Source: Octopus vulgaris (lineage: Eukaryota). Taken from it: a stretch of DNA of 64,000 bases. Position numbers and translations under genes: made by a program. The stretch's first letter is position 1; every line of letters begins with the position of its first letter. Positions 26,541-40,858 of this stretch are shown piece after piece. Under the pieces are notes generated by a model. It had not been told where the DNA came from and did not search any database. It saw only the letters and a program-made list of their open reading frames with translations. The stretch lies in the NCBI GenBank assembly GCA_951406725.2, contig OX597838.1:4774001-4838000 (forward strand). The letters run 5' to 3'.

Positions 26541-27518
26541 AATAGGTTATCCACCGGATCAGCTATTACAGCACCGTTTGGTTCCCTGCCGAAGCCTTGC
26601 GATTTAGGCAAGCATTTTCTTCCATATTTAATTTCGGCGAGCATTTTCTTCCATAGTTTCCTACAAATCATGGTAGAGACGAGGATGAAAGAAGAAAAAC
26701 AAAATGGAGAGTGAAAAATATGTTAGGATTAACGGTTTAATATGATGAAATGACCGGAAATAAGAGGTTGAATGAAGGGGAGATAATAACGGTGACCCGG
26801 CTGAACTGTACGTACGTTAGACAAGTGTCTGTGTGTGTGTGTGTGAATGTATATGTGTGAATGTGGGCGAGCTTATAATTATATGAGACTGTTTGTAAGT
26901 ATGGGAGAGTGTGATTGTGTGTACGTGTATAAGTAAACCGCTGTGTGCGCTGTGTGGAGTGTATAGGCGTGTATTTACGTATGTGTTTATGTGTGACTCT
27001 ATGGAAGCGTGTATATATGTACGAGAGTGCAAGACTCCGTGTGTAGCTTGTGCTTATGCAATTATCAAGTATGTGTGAGCGCATGTGCGTGTGTTTGTGT
27101 ATGGAGTATGTGTTTGTTCCTTAAGTGTTTGTGTGTGTTTGTGTGTATACGGCTATAAATATGAATTACGAGTAATGCTAATGTTACTTCATCATAATTC
27201 TTCTTAATATCACTGATATTAAATACTCCAAGAAAACTATATGGTTAAAGGTAATATATTCGGAATAATCCACCGGAATATATCACTAAATTCTTACCAT
27301 ATAAGAATTATTATTGGATTTATGTAGTAACCAGTGAATAACCTATTTTGAATACCTATCGTTTGGAGAAATGTCATATTTATTACCAATGCAACCCGTT
27401 GCCGACGACAAGTCTTTTTTGCTCTAAAAGGATTTTAGCCTATAAATGCCGTTCTGTCAGTATTTACGCGTTGAAAAATATATCTTTCGACTTTTTCTGC
27501 AACACGTTTCATATGACG

Positions 27519-27558
<40 letters not shown>

Positions 27559-27567
27559 AACAATATA

Positions 27568-27607
<40 letters not shown>

Positions 27608-27865
27608 CATACATATAAACAATATATATATATATATACGTAATGTTTATATATATATATATATATATGCATGTATATATATATATACATATATGCATAT
27701 ATATTTATGTATATATGTATATATATATGTATATATATTTATATATATATGTATATATGAATATATATGTATATATATATGCATGTATATATATATACAT
27801 ACATATATGTATATATATTTATGTATATATTTATATATATATGTATATATATAAATATGTATATA

Positions 27866-27945
<80 letters not shown>

Positions 27946-27950
<5 letters not shown>

Positions 27951-28114
27951 TAATCCAAACAAGAAAGCACAAAAAAAAGCACAACAACGCGAGTACGTCG
28001 AACAAATATAGTATTATTGGACGCTCAGGAAAGAAGGAGGGTCAAACGTTTCGAGCGGAGCTCTTCATCGGAAACATAGGAGAAGGAAAGATCCAGAGAA
28101 GGGAAGACAGAGGA
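27946..28114 (-). mobile_element. PLE-type terminal repeat (family 1) with hammerhead-like motif at 28044-28075
   Basis: Minus strand GTTT-CCGATGA-A-GAGC tcc GCTC-GAAAC-GTT; abuts (TA)n. Confidence 0.7.
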
Positions 28115-28409
28115 ACCGTGACCGACCAAGCTATCGGATGTTGTTACACATCGCTGGTCACAATGCGCTTCGCATTGTCTTAGCCTTCAAATGACGCCAC
28201 CCCGCTGGCTAAGCGAGCAGGGCAACAGAAGAAAGAGTGAGAGAAAGTTACGGCGAAAGAGTACAGCAGGGATCGCCACCACCCCCTGCCGGAGCCTCAT
28301 GGAGCTTTAGGTGTTTTCGCTCAATAAACACTCACAACGCTCGGTCTGGGAATCGAAACCGCGATCCTCCGACCGCGAGTCCGCTGCCCTAACCACTGGG
28401 CCATTGCGC
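28115..28409 (-). mobile_element. Family C SINE head with tail type 2
   Basis: Head and body match 477-660; tail matches 51232-51352. Confidence 0.85.
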
Positions 28410-28771
28410 GATCTAATATCTTTATCACTTTGAAAGGGCGAAAGCATCTCCTTAGATTTCTCTTCTTAGGTGAAGTGGGTTGGAATGAAGTTACTTGTTG
28501 GGGTCAGAATTATGTTCATGACTTAGCCTCAGCTCGAACTCGGCGTGTAGATATTTCAAATCACTTGAACTTCAATAAAACTATCATCGTACAGGTCACA
28601 CGGTACAAATTGCCTACGGAAGGGGCTTTTATCCGGCCGTTAATCAATTCAAAGGCATGTACTCTCTGCTCTCTTCCTCCATAAAACACTGAAAACCAAT
28701 TCAAATCAGACGATGATATAAGAACGAGGCATTGTTATAATCAAAATTATAATTACAATAGTTATTATAAT

Positions 28772-29083
28772 CATCCTCCCCTCCTCCACCACCTCCGCCT
28801 TCTCCCCTCCTGCTCCGCTTCTCCCCTCCTCTTCCTCCTCCTCCTCATCATCATCATCATTATCATCATCCCACGAGTACCATCGCCACCGCTGCCGCCT
28901 CCACCGCCACCAGTACCATCAGCGCCGCCACCGCCGCCGTCGCTGCCGCCGCCGTCGCTGCCGCCACCACCACCATCACCACCACCACCACCACCACCAC
29001 CACCACCACCACCACCACCACCACCACCACCACCACCACCACCACCACCACCACCATCACCATCACCACCAGCATCATCATCA
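28772..29083. repeat. Compound (TCC)/(CAT)/(GCC)/(CAC)n trinucleotide array
   Basis: Directly visible. Confidence 0.9.
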
Positions 29084-29423
29084 AAACGGCAATGATTATA
29101 TATGAAAGTTAAATTTAATTTTCATACACAGAAAGAAGAAAATTTGATTTGTATACACGCACACACGCACACAGACACATACGTGCACTCATGCATACAT
29201 ACATACATACATACACACATACACACATACATGCGTACATATACATATACATATATATATGAATATATATATACGAATATATATATATATCAAGTGTTTA
29301 TAATGAAAATCTGGCACTTTTCCGTTTTATAATCTTTAGTTATAAACTCGTTTCCTACAGCTAATGTAAGCATTATACATACGCTACACATTCGTTCCCC
29401 CCCACACTCATACACACACACCA

Positions 29424-29481
<58 letters not shown>

Positions 29482-29601
29482 TATGTATGAACGCATATAT
29501 ACACATACACCACTTATATACACATACACACACATCACGCGTATACACAGCCATATATATGTATGTGTGCATATGTATATATATATGAATGTGTGTGTGT
29601 G

Positions 29602-29636
<35 letters not shown>

Positions 29637-30397
29637 ATATATATGTATATATATATATATATGTATGTATATGTATGTATATATATATATACATATATAT
29701 ACTTATACATATACATATATATATATAGATATATATATATGTATGTATAAGTATATAAGTTTATATATATATACTTATACGTACATACATATATATGTAT
29801 GTGTGTGTGTATGTGTGTGTCTGTTTGTGTGTTTGTGTGTTTGTGTGTGTGTGTGTGTATGACAGTACCGCACTTTGGCTTCCGTGTGGGAATCAGATTT
29901 GCGTCCTTTATCGATCCGTTCGATTCTATCGCTAGCGCAACAAAAGGCCAAATCAACTCAATAAGCCCTCTTTAATAGCGACGAACAAAGAATCGTCTCA
30001 ATACTTTTAAGACGTTCGCCTAATCTCCAATCTTAACTGATTATTGCGACTAAAGAGATTTCCAGGATTATCTTCTATTGTTCGTATCACTGCTGGGTGT
30101 GTGCCTGTCTGTACGCGTTTGTCAGAGTGTGCGTATGTGTGTATGTTTATGTGTGTGTGTGTGTGTGTGTGTGTGAGGGAGAGAGAGAGTGGGAGGGAGG
30201 GAGAAAGAAACAAGGAGAAAAAAAGAGAGAAAAAGAGAGAGACGGAGAGTCTATAATTAAAAAAATATATATCTGTTAAGAAAAAGGCCGAACATCAAAC
30301 GATATGTTGTATATTAAATATTAGATAATGGACGTTTACTTAAATACATTATGCGAATTATCTTGTATAAATTGTGTGAAACCTGAGGTAACACCTT

Positions 30398-30448
<51 letters not shown>

Positions 30449-30639
30449 CTGAAAGGAACGTGAGAGTAGAGAGGCAAGTTTTGTCTAGCGAACGTTTTAA
30501 AAAAAGATGGATGAATGTAGCAAGGATGGCACGTATGAATGACGAAGCCACCTTGAGCATAATCCTATGAACCCAGAAATTGAAAACAGAGGGTTACCCA
30601 CTTGCAAACAAATGTGGTAACATATAACAATATTGACCA

Positions 30640-31600
30640 AGGTTACCGTGGTCTTTTTCGTAGGCTTTTCTTCCCACGGATAAACCTTACTTGCTTTCCC
30701 CTTTACACCATACATCATGACACTGTGATACACGATCCCTATTGATCGTTTTTTTTCCTCTTCCCCTTTTTTCCTTTTTTTTTTTCTTTTTTCATTTTTC
30801 TTTTCTTTTTTCCCTTTTTTTTTTTCGTTTCCTTTTTTTTTTTTTTCCTTTTTTTTTTTTTTTTTTGTTCTTTTTTCCCTTTTACGATCCCTTTTGATCG
30901 AAAACCTACGCCACCCTTTTTTTTTCTCCCTCAAAAGAAAAGCTCTACCTTGTAACTTGTCCCATCTGTGTGCAGCCCTGTGTGGCCAATGAAGAAACTT
31001 ATCTATCTCTGAATGGATTGTTGACACATCGGCTCCAAGTAAGCTGGTCCTATTTGTACAGAAAAAATGTCCCTACCATCACCAAACTGGAACGCATACT
31101 ACCCCGCTTTTTGTGGAAGAGAAGCGTTGCGATGGTTAGGCGATCCAGTTGCTGTCAACACCCGCTAAATGGAGGGCTGGGCATGACGTGGTTGATGATG
31201 CGCAGAGATGCGCTGAGACTGCATCCACTCCGGCGCTTCATATACGGCTGTGAACAGGAGTGGTCGCCGTTTGTGAGACACGCTTTTTTCCCTCCCTGCC
31301 TGAGGTTACCGTGGTCTTTTTCGCAGGCTTTTTCTTTCTACGGATAAACCTAATCTGTTTTTTACATTTTTATTCTGTTACTATGAGCGATCCCTTTTTG
31401 ATCGGATTTTATTTTTTTACACGATCCCTTTTGATTAGATTCTATTTTTTTACAGGATCCCCCTTTTTTTACACGATACCTTTTGATCGGAAGTTTTTCC
31501 TCCTCTTCTTCTATTTTCCTCTTTTTTCTTTCGAAAAGAAAAGCTCTACATTGTATTTTGTCCCCTCTGTGTTCGGCCCTGTGTGGCTAATAAAGAAAGA
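30640..31600 (+). mobile_element. Tx1/L1-clade LINE remnants: two tandem 3' UTRs (30640-30997, 31302-31598) around an ORF2 fragment (31060-31290)
   Basis: TKLERILPRFLWKRSVAMVRRSSCCQHPLNGGLGMTWL...ALRL fits the FLW...P...GGLG motif that follows RT in L1/Tx1 ORF2. Both UTRs start AGGTTACCGTGGTCTTTTTCG and end TGTGTGGC.AAT.AAGAAA. Confidence 0.75.
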
Positions 31601-31634
31601 TATCTATTTATCTATCTATATAACTATCGTTCAC

Positions 31635-31814
31635 GCGTTTCAGCTGTTAGATTGCGACCATGCTGGGGCATCACCTTCAAGAATTTGTTAGTCGAATGAA
31701 TCGACCTCGGTACTTCTTACTTTTTTCTTTTTAAGTCAGGTACTTATTCTGTCGGTCTCATTTTGCCGAACCGCAACTTAACACCCGTTGTGAAACTTTG
31801 GTGACGGAGAAACA

Positions 31815-31874
<60 letters not shown>

Positions 31875-32045
31875 TATGTATATATATACACGATGAGCTT
31901 CTTTCGGTTTCCGTCTGCTAAATCCCCTCAGAATGCCTTCCTCATCCTGAAGATAATGTTGGAGATACTAGATCACGTTACCACGAATTGAGACTGAACC
32001 CGGAACCATGTGATTCGAAGCAAACTTCTTACCACGCAGCCACGC
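31635..32045 (-). mobile_element. Family A SINE, degenerate full length
   Basis: Collinear match to 57447-57842 including the internal (CA)n. Confidence 0.8.
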
Positions 32046-32097
32046 TTTCTCGTGAAATTAACATGTATGTATGTATGTATGTATGTATGTATGTATG

Positions 32098-32186
<89 letters not shown>

Positions 32187-32861
32187 ATATCCTGGCAGTT
32201 ACAATTAACCAACCATCAGCCCTTCGATCAGTTACCACTGGGGATTGCTACGGTATAGGCGAAACTAGGCCTAATCTGGTGATCCTTGAGAGCGTCGTGG
32301 GGCAGTTACTTCCTCTGTTAGTATATGTATATGTTTGTGCTCTTCTTGCTGCATTAAGTGTATTTTAACTCTTATTTCTTGCAAGGTAGGTGCATGAAAT
32401 AATGTAGGTGCTACATTATCAGGCAATTACAAAAGAAAAAAAAAATATATATATAAAAAATTATTCAAACTCTGCAAAAATCTGGTACAAATTCTTCATG
32501 GTTGAAAACGTTGCCTACATTTTCCTCAACCTGATATATTGACCGAGAGGATTTCGGATGTCTTGTACATATCATAGCAACATATGTCTAAAGCTTTATA
32601 TTCGTGACAAGATGTGACCGAAAAAAGTGATAGCGAGGTAGAGATAGTGAGAGAGAGGGGGAGGAGGAGAGGAAGAGAGAGAGAGATGAATTAAAGAGAT
32701 AAAGAAAGTAAATCGACTAAAGTAAATTTTAATTAATCCAACATTAAATACAGCAAATCGCTCAAAACTGCTCTCACACGTCGTCAACTAATACACTCAC
32801 AAACATACGCACATAAAATATATTATAAGGCACACTCATCTCTCTCTCTCTCTCTTTATCC

Positions 32862-32935
<74 letters not shown>

Positions 32936-32936
32936 A

Positions 32937-33315
32937 GAGAAACAGAAGACGAAGACAGGTGTATAAACAACAAGCAGGTGTATAAGTTTGACGCTCGGGA
33001 AGGTGAAAAAGTCAAAAAGCCTTTTAGGTTTCGAGCCTGCGCTCTTCAACAGAAGGGAAAACGTGGAAATAAACAGAGAAGTTTGTTTTTGAGTGAGGAT
33101 ATGAGGGGTGACGATGGGGGAAGTGCAGGTGTTGGGTGTAGGGTTGGGTTATGTGGGAGTGAGATGTGTCGGAGTGGGACGTGTGCGGGTGTATAGTGGA
33201 TAGAGTGGGTATCAATGAAGGGAGAAGGTAGATAGGAGTGAAGAGAGGAAATAGATGTCACGGCAAGAGAGGAGAGGAGAGGAGAGGAGGGGTGTCAGAT
33301 GACTCTAGTAGTAGA
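32937..33315 (-). mobile_element. PLE-type 3' region (family 2): C-rich segment, hammerhead-like motif at 33021-33056, terminal repeat
   Basis: Minus strand CCTT-CTGTTGA-A-GAGC gcag GCTC-GAAAC-CTA-AAAG. Confidence 0.65.
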
Positions 33316-33317
33316 CA

Positions 33318-33421
33318 CTCCCCCATGGTTCCACGCAGTGGGGCTGAAACTGGAACCATGTGGCTTGGAAGCAAGCTACTTACCACAAACAATATATATA
33401 TATATATAAATATATACATAC

Positions 33422-33475
<54 letters not shown>

Positions 33476-33477
33476 CA

Positions 33478-33561
<84 letters not shown>

Positions 33562-33680
33562 TATACGACTGGCTTCCGCATAGTTTCCATCTACCAAATT
33601 CATCCATAAAACCATTCGTCGGCCCGGTAGAAAGCTTTTTCCCAAACTGTTACGCAGTGGAGCAGAACTGAACCCAATAT
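33318..33680 (-). mobile_element. Two family A SINE 5' fragments separated by (TA)n
   Basis: CCACGCAGTGGGGCTGAAAC...CTTACCACA and TTTCCATCTACCAAATT...ACGCAGTGG. Confidence 0.65.
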
Positions 33681-33729
33681 CCACTCCGTTTCTTAATCAC
33701 ACAACGATGACTGAAAATCAAAATATAGG

Positions 33730-34444
33730 TAAAAAGCACTCAGGGAGCGCAAACCTCTGCCATGGCAACACCAACGTCCTCTCAATGATTAGCCGGAGAT
33801 GATTGTTAAAATGATATCTGAAATAACCTCGACCGCTCTCACAAAGGGGAATATGAAAAACCCAACCGCTCTCAAAATTAAGTAAAAGAAACGGGAAAAT
33901 AATCCAGAATCTTTGTCCGGTACCTGATCGATCCCATTGGTAGTCATGGAATGTGAAGGTGGCTCTCCCGTTTCCCTTCACCTACCATCCCGCCACCCTG
34001 CCCCTCCAACGCACCATTCTCTTTGCCTTCCGCCGACTCCGTTCCGACCACTCCACTTTGCACATCTTCCCCTACCTACTTCTTCCCTGCTTATTACTGT
34101 TTAGTAACAGTAATAAATAGTTTATCCTTATCTAATACAAGCCAAAGTTAACAAATTCCCCATTCAAAATAGTTACAGCCTAAAGGGAGATAATTGAGAA
34201 AGACTTGAAAGTTATCGTAAGATCGTAACCATGTACAGTAAAGTAAATATAACATATAATCCAGAATTCTTGCCCGGTACCGGATCAATCCCAAAATCTA
34301 ACTAGTTTCTGCCAGTCACGAGGGTAAAAATCCTTGAAAATTTCATCCGAATCCATCCGGCGGTTCTCGAGATATCTTGTCCACGGTCAAACAAACAAAT
34401 ACGACTGAAAACAATACCACCCCCTTCGCTAAGGCAGTTGTAAT
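33730..34444 (+). mobile_element. Non-autonomous Helentron/Helitron2-like element (HINE type), interrupted
   Basis: Start AGCACTCAGGGAGCGCAAACCTCTGCCATGG, internal AAATTTCATCCGAATCCATCCGGCGGTTCTCGAGATATC, end GAAAACAATACC...CCTTCGCTAAGGCAGTTGTAA. Resembles HINE termini from memory. Confidence 0.6.
33962..34095 (+). mobile_element. Penelope-like element ORF fragment inside the HINE
   Basis: LPFPFTYHPATLPLQRTILFAFRRLRSDHSTLHIFP resembles the PLE linker motif PLVLTYHP....IQ.II...F..L..D..T..IFP. Confidence 0.7.
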
Positions 34445-34872
34445 AAAATAAAATGAAAGAGACGATTGAGAAAATATAAGGTACGAATGTACTTGGGTTT
34501 AATATAAGGAAACATCCTTGCAATTATGTAATTTTACTCAGGGACGCCAGCTGTACGAAAAAGTAAATATCAAATTGAGTGTTCGGGGCAACATACTTGA
34601 TGCGCTGAACAAATAAATCTATTGAATACACAAGTAGAAGGAGGTCACGCGAGGAAACCATTAAATCAGATTAAACGATCATATCCACAGCGACAACAAC
34701 AATGACAGCAAACGACGACCAACAACGACGACGAATAAAAGCTCAGTCTATGGAAGACTTATGGAGATGAGTGCATTGACCAAGGTTAAAAGAGAGCACC
34801 GTCTAACCTCAATGTTATGTAACAGTTAAAAGAAATACACTCTCACACACAGACAGTCACATACAAAGTTAT

Positions 34873-34903
<31 letters not shown>

Positions 34904-35042
34904 TATATATATATATATGTAAACTTGTGTTTATATATTTACCTGTGGATATACATGTGTGTGTGTGTTTATGTGTGTGCATTTATGTATGCACATATGT
35001 ATATATATATATTATATATACACACATACACTCATATGTATA

Positions 35043-35100
<58 letters not shown>

Positions 35101-35290
35101 TATACTCTATGTAAGTATACACGCGCGCACACACAAACATATATACATGTTTCGGTTTGTGTATGGAGTATGTATATATTTTATTTTCTTCCATATTATT
35201 GTATACACCCACCAATACAGAATGGAGTTTGAAAACATTAACTAACTTAGTTACTTAGCAACCGATGAATAACATGACGGGGGTGTTACG

Positions 35291-35369
<79 letters not shown>

Positions 35370-35449
35370 TTGTCTGTCAATTCGTCTGTCAATCCGTCTG
35401 TCTATCTATCTAATTATCTATCTATCTATCTATATGCATATATATACCT

Positions 35450-35501
<52 letters not shown>

Positions 35502-35516
35502 CTGTTTATCTGTCCT

Positions 35517-35549
<33 letters not shown>

Positions 35550-36699
35550 ATGTATATATATACATATTTATATACATATATATATCTATACATGTCTCTC
35601 ATCTATGTCTCTCATTCTACCTATCTGTATACATACATAAACACACCTGCACACACTCACGCACACAAACACATATGTATATGTATGTCTGTGTGTCTGT
35701 GTTTATATATATATATGCATAAAAAACGTACAACGTTCATATACATGCACATACACACACACACAGCTACACACACGCGTATAAACACGCACCTCATTGC
35801 ACGTACGCATACGTTTGTGTGTTTAGCTGTGTTGCTCTGATCGTAACAACATGTATGTATAGCATGTTTGTCGACATTCACTCATCCGAACGTATCAACA
35901 TGATTTGATAAGGTAAAAACGACGTGAGATAATACGAAATCTCTTTGAAGCATTAGTGTTTTTTCCCTCTTTGTTTTGCATTTCTGACCCTTTCTCTCCG
36001 ACCCCCTGCCTCAGCACCTGATTCGATTTATGTTGTCTGCTCGTCTGACAAAAGTAGCGCAGCCATTCCTTTATCGAACACGATAACATCCAGCTATCAA
36101 AAGAAAACTTAAGTTCGGATTAACAAAACATAAAACACCATCATAATACTTCTTCGTTGAACGAAAGCAAAAATGGCGTCCATTATGAAAACATCGCATG
36201 CAACCGTTTTGCTTTTATCTTTCACCTGTTACTTCTTTCATTTATTGAACTTCAGACATGCTGGGGCAACATCTTGAAACCTTTAATCGAACAAATCGAC
36301 TCGACACAAGTATTTAATTATTTTTAAAGTTTGATACATATTGTAGACAATTCCTAGAAGGATTTTAGTCGAGCAAATTTTCCGAAGAACATGATTTTCG
36401 GGTGCCTTGGTTTAGGTGAGAAGAAAACAAAAAATGGTTTCCGGAGAATTTTTGTTAGCTGTTTTGAAAGTAAGTCATTCCAGCTGACTGAAAAGAGAAG
36501 ATGATTGGTGCAGTGAGAATGAACGTTGACGTTGGTAGAAACATATGACCCAGGGTTTGAGGTATTTACTTGACCTACATTGGCAGGCGGCCCCGGGCCA
36601 GTCTGGGGTCGCTTTGTAAGGAGCTGAAGTGCCTACTAACCTGCTTCACTACCTGATGAAACATTCTAGGTACACAAGTTTTGAAAAATTCTTTATTAA

Positions 36700-36960
36700 G
36701 TCTGGCATTCTTTCTGACACTTTTTGCCGAACCGCTAAGTTGCGGGGTCATAAACATACCAGCACCAGTTGTCAAGCGGTTGGGAGAGAACAAACGCAGA
36801 CACAATTTAGATATAGATATACAACGGGTTTCCACTTAGTCTTCATCAACTAAATTCTCTTGAAAAACATTGGTCGCTCAGGGTTTATAATGAAAGACAT
36901 TTCTAAAAAGTGCCGCACAGAGGAGCAGAACTAAGTCCGAAACCACGTGGTTACGAAGTG
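36700..36960 (-). mobile_element. Family A SINE, degenerate
   Basis: TTTTGCCGAACCGCTAAGTT...CCAGCACCAGTTGTCAAGCG...AACCACGTGGTT. Confidence 0.7.
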
Positions 36961-37269
36961 GAATGTGATTGGCTATTGTCTTCGTCGTCGATGTTAATTT
37001 TATTCAATTTTATTTAAGGTTATCCCCGTTCGAGTATCATATTTGGGTCTGCCATATTCATCTGATGTCTTTCTTTACTCTTTTGTTTAGCAAATTTGTC
37101 TGCGCAAAACGATGTTATCTAGTTCAAACCTGCCGTTCAATATTTTGGGAAAGTCACGATGTGATTTGAAAGAAAATTCGCAGTTATTTCTAGCATAGTG
37201 TTTGGGATGTGTGATGTGAGATATGAAGTGCATCGTGAACTAAATTGCATTAGGGAAATAAAAGATAAT

Positions 37270-37561
37270 TAGGTAGGTAGATAAATAGATTGATAGAGAA
37301 GATTGATGGATAGATAGATTGATAGATAGATAGACAGAGAGATAAATAGATAGATGCATAGACAGGTATATTATGTAAGGATTTATAGATAGATAGGTGG
37401 AGAGACAGACAGACTGATAGATAGATTGATGATAGACAGACTGATAGTTAGATAGACTGAAAGGTAAATTGATATAAGAATAGATAGAGAGGCAGACAGG
37501 CAAATAAAGAAATAAATAGGTAGATAGATGAATTGTTAGAAAGATAAATAGTTGATAGACG

Positions 37562-37603
<42 letters not shown>

Positions 37604-37660
37604 CAGAATGGGAATAGATTAATTGAGGGATAGAGAGATAGATAGATATATAAATACATT
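37270..37660. repeat. Degenerate (GATA)n array
   Basis: Directly visible. Confidence 0.85.
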
Positions 37661-38153
37661 GATAGAAATGTGGACAGGTAGATTTAAAAGGAGACAGGTA
37701 CGAAATAGAAAGGCTGATGGCTAGGCAATAGTTATACAGGCAAATCGATATATTCAAGGATGCAAATATAAATTTATGTAAACACTGTTCATATAGACAC
37801 GTGGATATGTAAAGGTGTACGAATGAGCATGCGTGTCTTCATACGTTTACCTCTATATATTGTTGTTTGTGTTGGTCATTAGTTAATACTTTTAATTATA
37901 TTCACACAGACTTCTTAACGTTCGTGGTTACTTAGTGTAATTGGTTATACAAAATATACGCATACATACACACACACACACACGCACACACACATATATA
38001 TGTGTGTGTGCGTATGTGTGTGTATACAAACGTACATACATAGATATATATACATACATGCATAGATACATACTCCCCGTCATATATATGTATACACACA
38101 GACACACATACATATATTTGTTTGTATGTGTCTGTGTGTAAATACAGATATAC

Positions 38154-38186
<33 letters not shown>

Positions 38187-39165
38187 TGTATGTATGTATG
38201 TATGTGTGTGTATATACATATAATTTTGTATATACATATATATTCACACGCGCACCTTTAAAAGACTGCTGCTTAAATAATATTGGAATATTATGGTTAA
38301 AATTCTTTGTAGTAGTAGTAGTAGTCGTCTTAGTAGTAGTATTAGTGCTATTATCCTCATTGTTCTCACTAATACCACCAGATTATTATTATTATTATTA
38401 TCATTATTATTATTATTATTATTATTTTCTACCTTTCGTAAATGAAATCCCGAGTTTCCATGGCGACCTTATTGAACGGAGGTGGATGTTTATAGAACCC
38501 ATCATCTTAATCCTCTTTACCATCGCCATCATAACCACCACCACCACCATCATCACCATCACCCCTATCAAATCCTGCTTCCACTCCCGCCATCGACAAC
38601 ATCGCATTTCTTTTTTGCCACCCCCCCACCCCCCTGGTAGACTCCATTACCATGATCATCCTTTTCACCGTCGTCATCATCTTTTTCTTCTTATTGTTGT
38701 CCAGTTACTTGTCTTACAGCTTTATCTTTCCTTTCAGTTTTTTCTATTGAAATTATACGTCGTTATTTTCCTTTTTTTTTTTTATCCTTTACATTTTATA
38801 GTTTTACACTCAAAACAAAGCTGTTGTTGGCTTGGATAAACATTCTATTAACCATTAGATAAACTCTTCACCTTTTCCCCTCCCACTATCGAAAGCATTT
38901 TCTCGCATTTGTGGAGGCATTTACGAACACGGAATACGGTCCGAGTCAGCTTTGTACTGTGCATAGAACAGTCAGTTGTAAGTGGCTTTGGTCAAGATCA
39001 ACTTACATAAAAAAAACATCATTTACAATCATTTACACACGCTCATATAAATTGATGCTGAACATTAAGCGTGTCAACTGGTGATCATCAGAAAAAGACC
39101 CCTACAGGAAAACGTAACCGAGGAATATACAAACATATCTATCTATCTATCTATCTATCTATCTC

Positions 39166-39200
<35 letters not shown>

Positions 39201-39207
39201 CTCTATC

Positions 39208-39293
<86 letters not shown>

Positions 39294-39578
39294 AAACTTG
39301 GAGTTTGGACCCTTTTCATTTTAGGCGTTCGTGTATTCTTTTATATTACTAATCCCTCACACAATGTTTATTCCATTTAAGAACATATTGGTCTTTTTCG
39401 ATGTTTCCTTCATTGTTTACTTTTTCTTCCGCTGGATCATGAAGAAGTTTTAAAAAGGCTTAGACATCTGATGCAAAGACATATATAATATGACTGCACA
39501 CCTACAAACGGATGCTAATGCGTATACATAATATATTATATAATATAACACCCTCTTCTCACAGACACATACATCATT

Positions 39579-39616
<38 letters not shown>

Positions 39617-40843
39617 CAATATATACAGTATATAATATATATATATATATATACATATATATAAATATAATATTAATAAGATAATTACATAACATTTTTT
39701 GAGAACCAGTCTGTTGTTAAATAAAACACGAATACACGAAATCTTCTATGTGAGACTGAGCGATCTCAATCACAAATGATTTAAAAGGAAAAAAATAACG
39801 ATTTTGAATATTTCTAAGATTTTACGCAGCATTTCCTATTTTATTCATATATATGACATATTTTGAATGTTAAACAAGAGCAGGTATGCTTGAAAGTTTT
39901 TTTTGCAATCTGAGTTAGTCAATCATTTGGATTTCAGCTTATAGTGTCTTGCAAGTGTTAATTATTTAAACTCAACTATTTTCCTTGTAACTCACACAAT
40001 TTTCATTGAAGGCGCTGATCGAAAGTCCTCGAGTTTTCTCTTGTTCACAGCAATCCTGCATATTATCATCTGCGAATGTCTTATACCTACTACATACCAA
40101 CGCAATCCTTCGTTTATCTGGAGTCAATGTTTTTACCTTCACACAAACAGACATTCTGCTTCAATTGCTTCCAGTATTTGTTAGTATTTTAGACACCTGA
40201 TTGCTTGCCGAAAATAGAGAAGTTACTTTAAAAAATATGAATATTTTTTTTATCAGCATTTCATTTTTGGAAGCCACTGAAATTACTAATGCAGTGCAAA
40301 AATATCTTTAAACCGTCACTGAACATTTTCGGTTGGATGTACTCTCTTACTTGCAAACATATTGTTTGTTAATATAAACTCACCTATGTGCATATAGTTA
40401 TCGTTGCATTAATTATAATTGTAATAACACTGAAGAGTTAGCAGCCGAGGGAGATTATTACCACTGCAAATCAAGGACCTGCAAGGTATAATTAAAAGCT
40501 GCATTTAGACAGAAACAGTTAATTGATACGGTACCTATGTAGGGAATGTTTTCTTGTTTTACTGTGGAGCTACAAGTGAGAAACGACACATCTATGGATC
40601 GTTATTATAGGAGGACAATATTATAAAGACAGTAATAGAATCGATGGAAGTTAATCAAACACCTGTGATCGATCACAAATTGTATCATTAGTGTGTTATC
40701 TGTATTGAACTGAGAAGCTTTTATAATATTGAGATATGGTTATTGAACAACAACAGCAGAGTTTTCAAAGTTGTATTTGAAAAAGCTCCAGTGACATGTA
40801 ATAATTTTGTAAAGCAATATATCAGTATTTACATTTGGCCAGT

Positions 40844-40858
40844 TATAAACCGGAAGTG
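40844..40858 (+). promoter_or_regulatory. Candidate core promoter motifs (TATAAA, ETS-type CCGGAAGTG) upstream of the GPCR
   Basis: Motif match ~140 nt upstream of the ATG at the end of a repeat-poor stretch; no functional evidence. Confidence 0.3.

Noticed and set aside
32466-32588. Minus-strand terminal exon (TYVAMICTRH...FCRV*) that could join the 40154-39996 candidate in phase
   Set aside because: Weak pyrimidine tract and no recognisable protein; phase agreement has a one-in-three chance.
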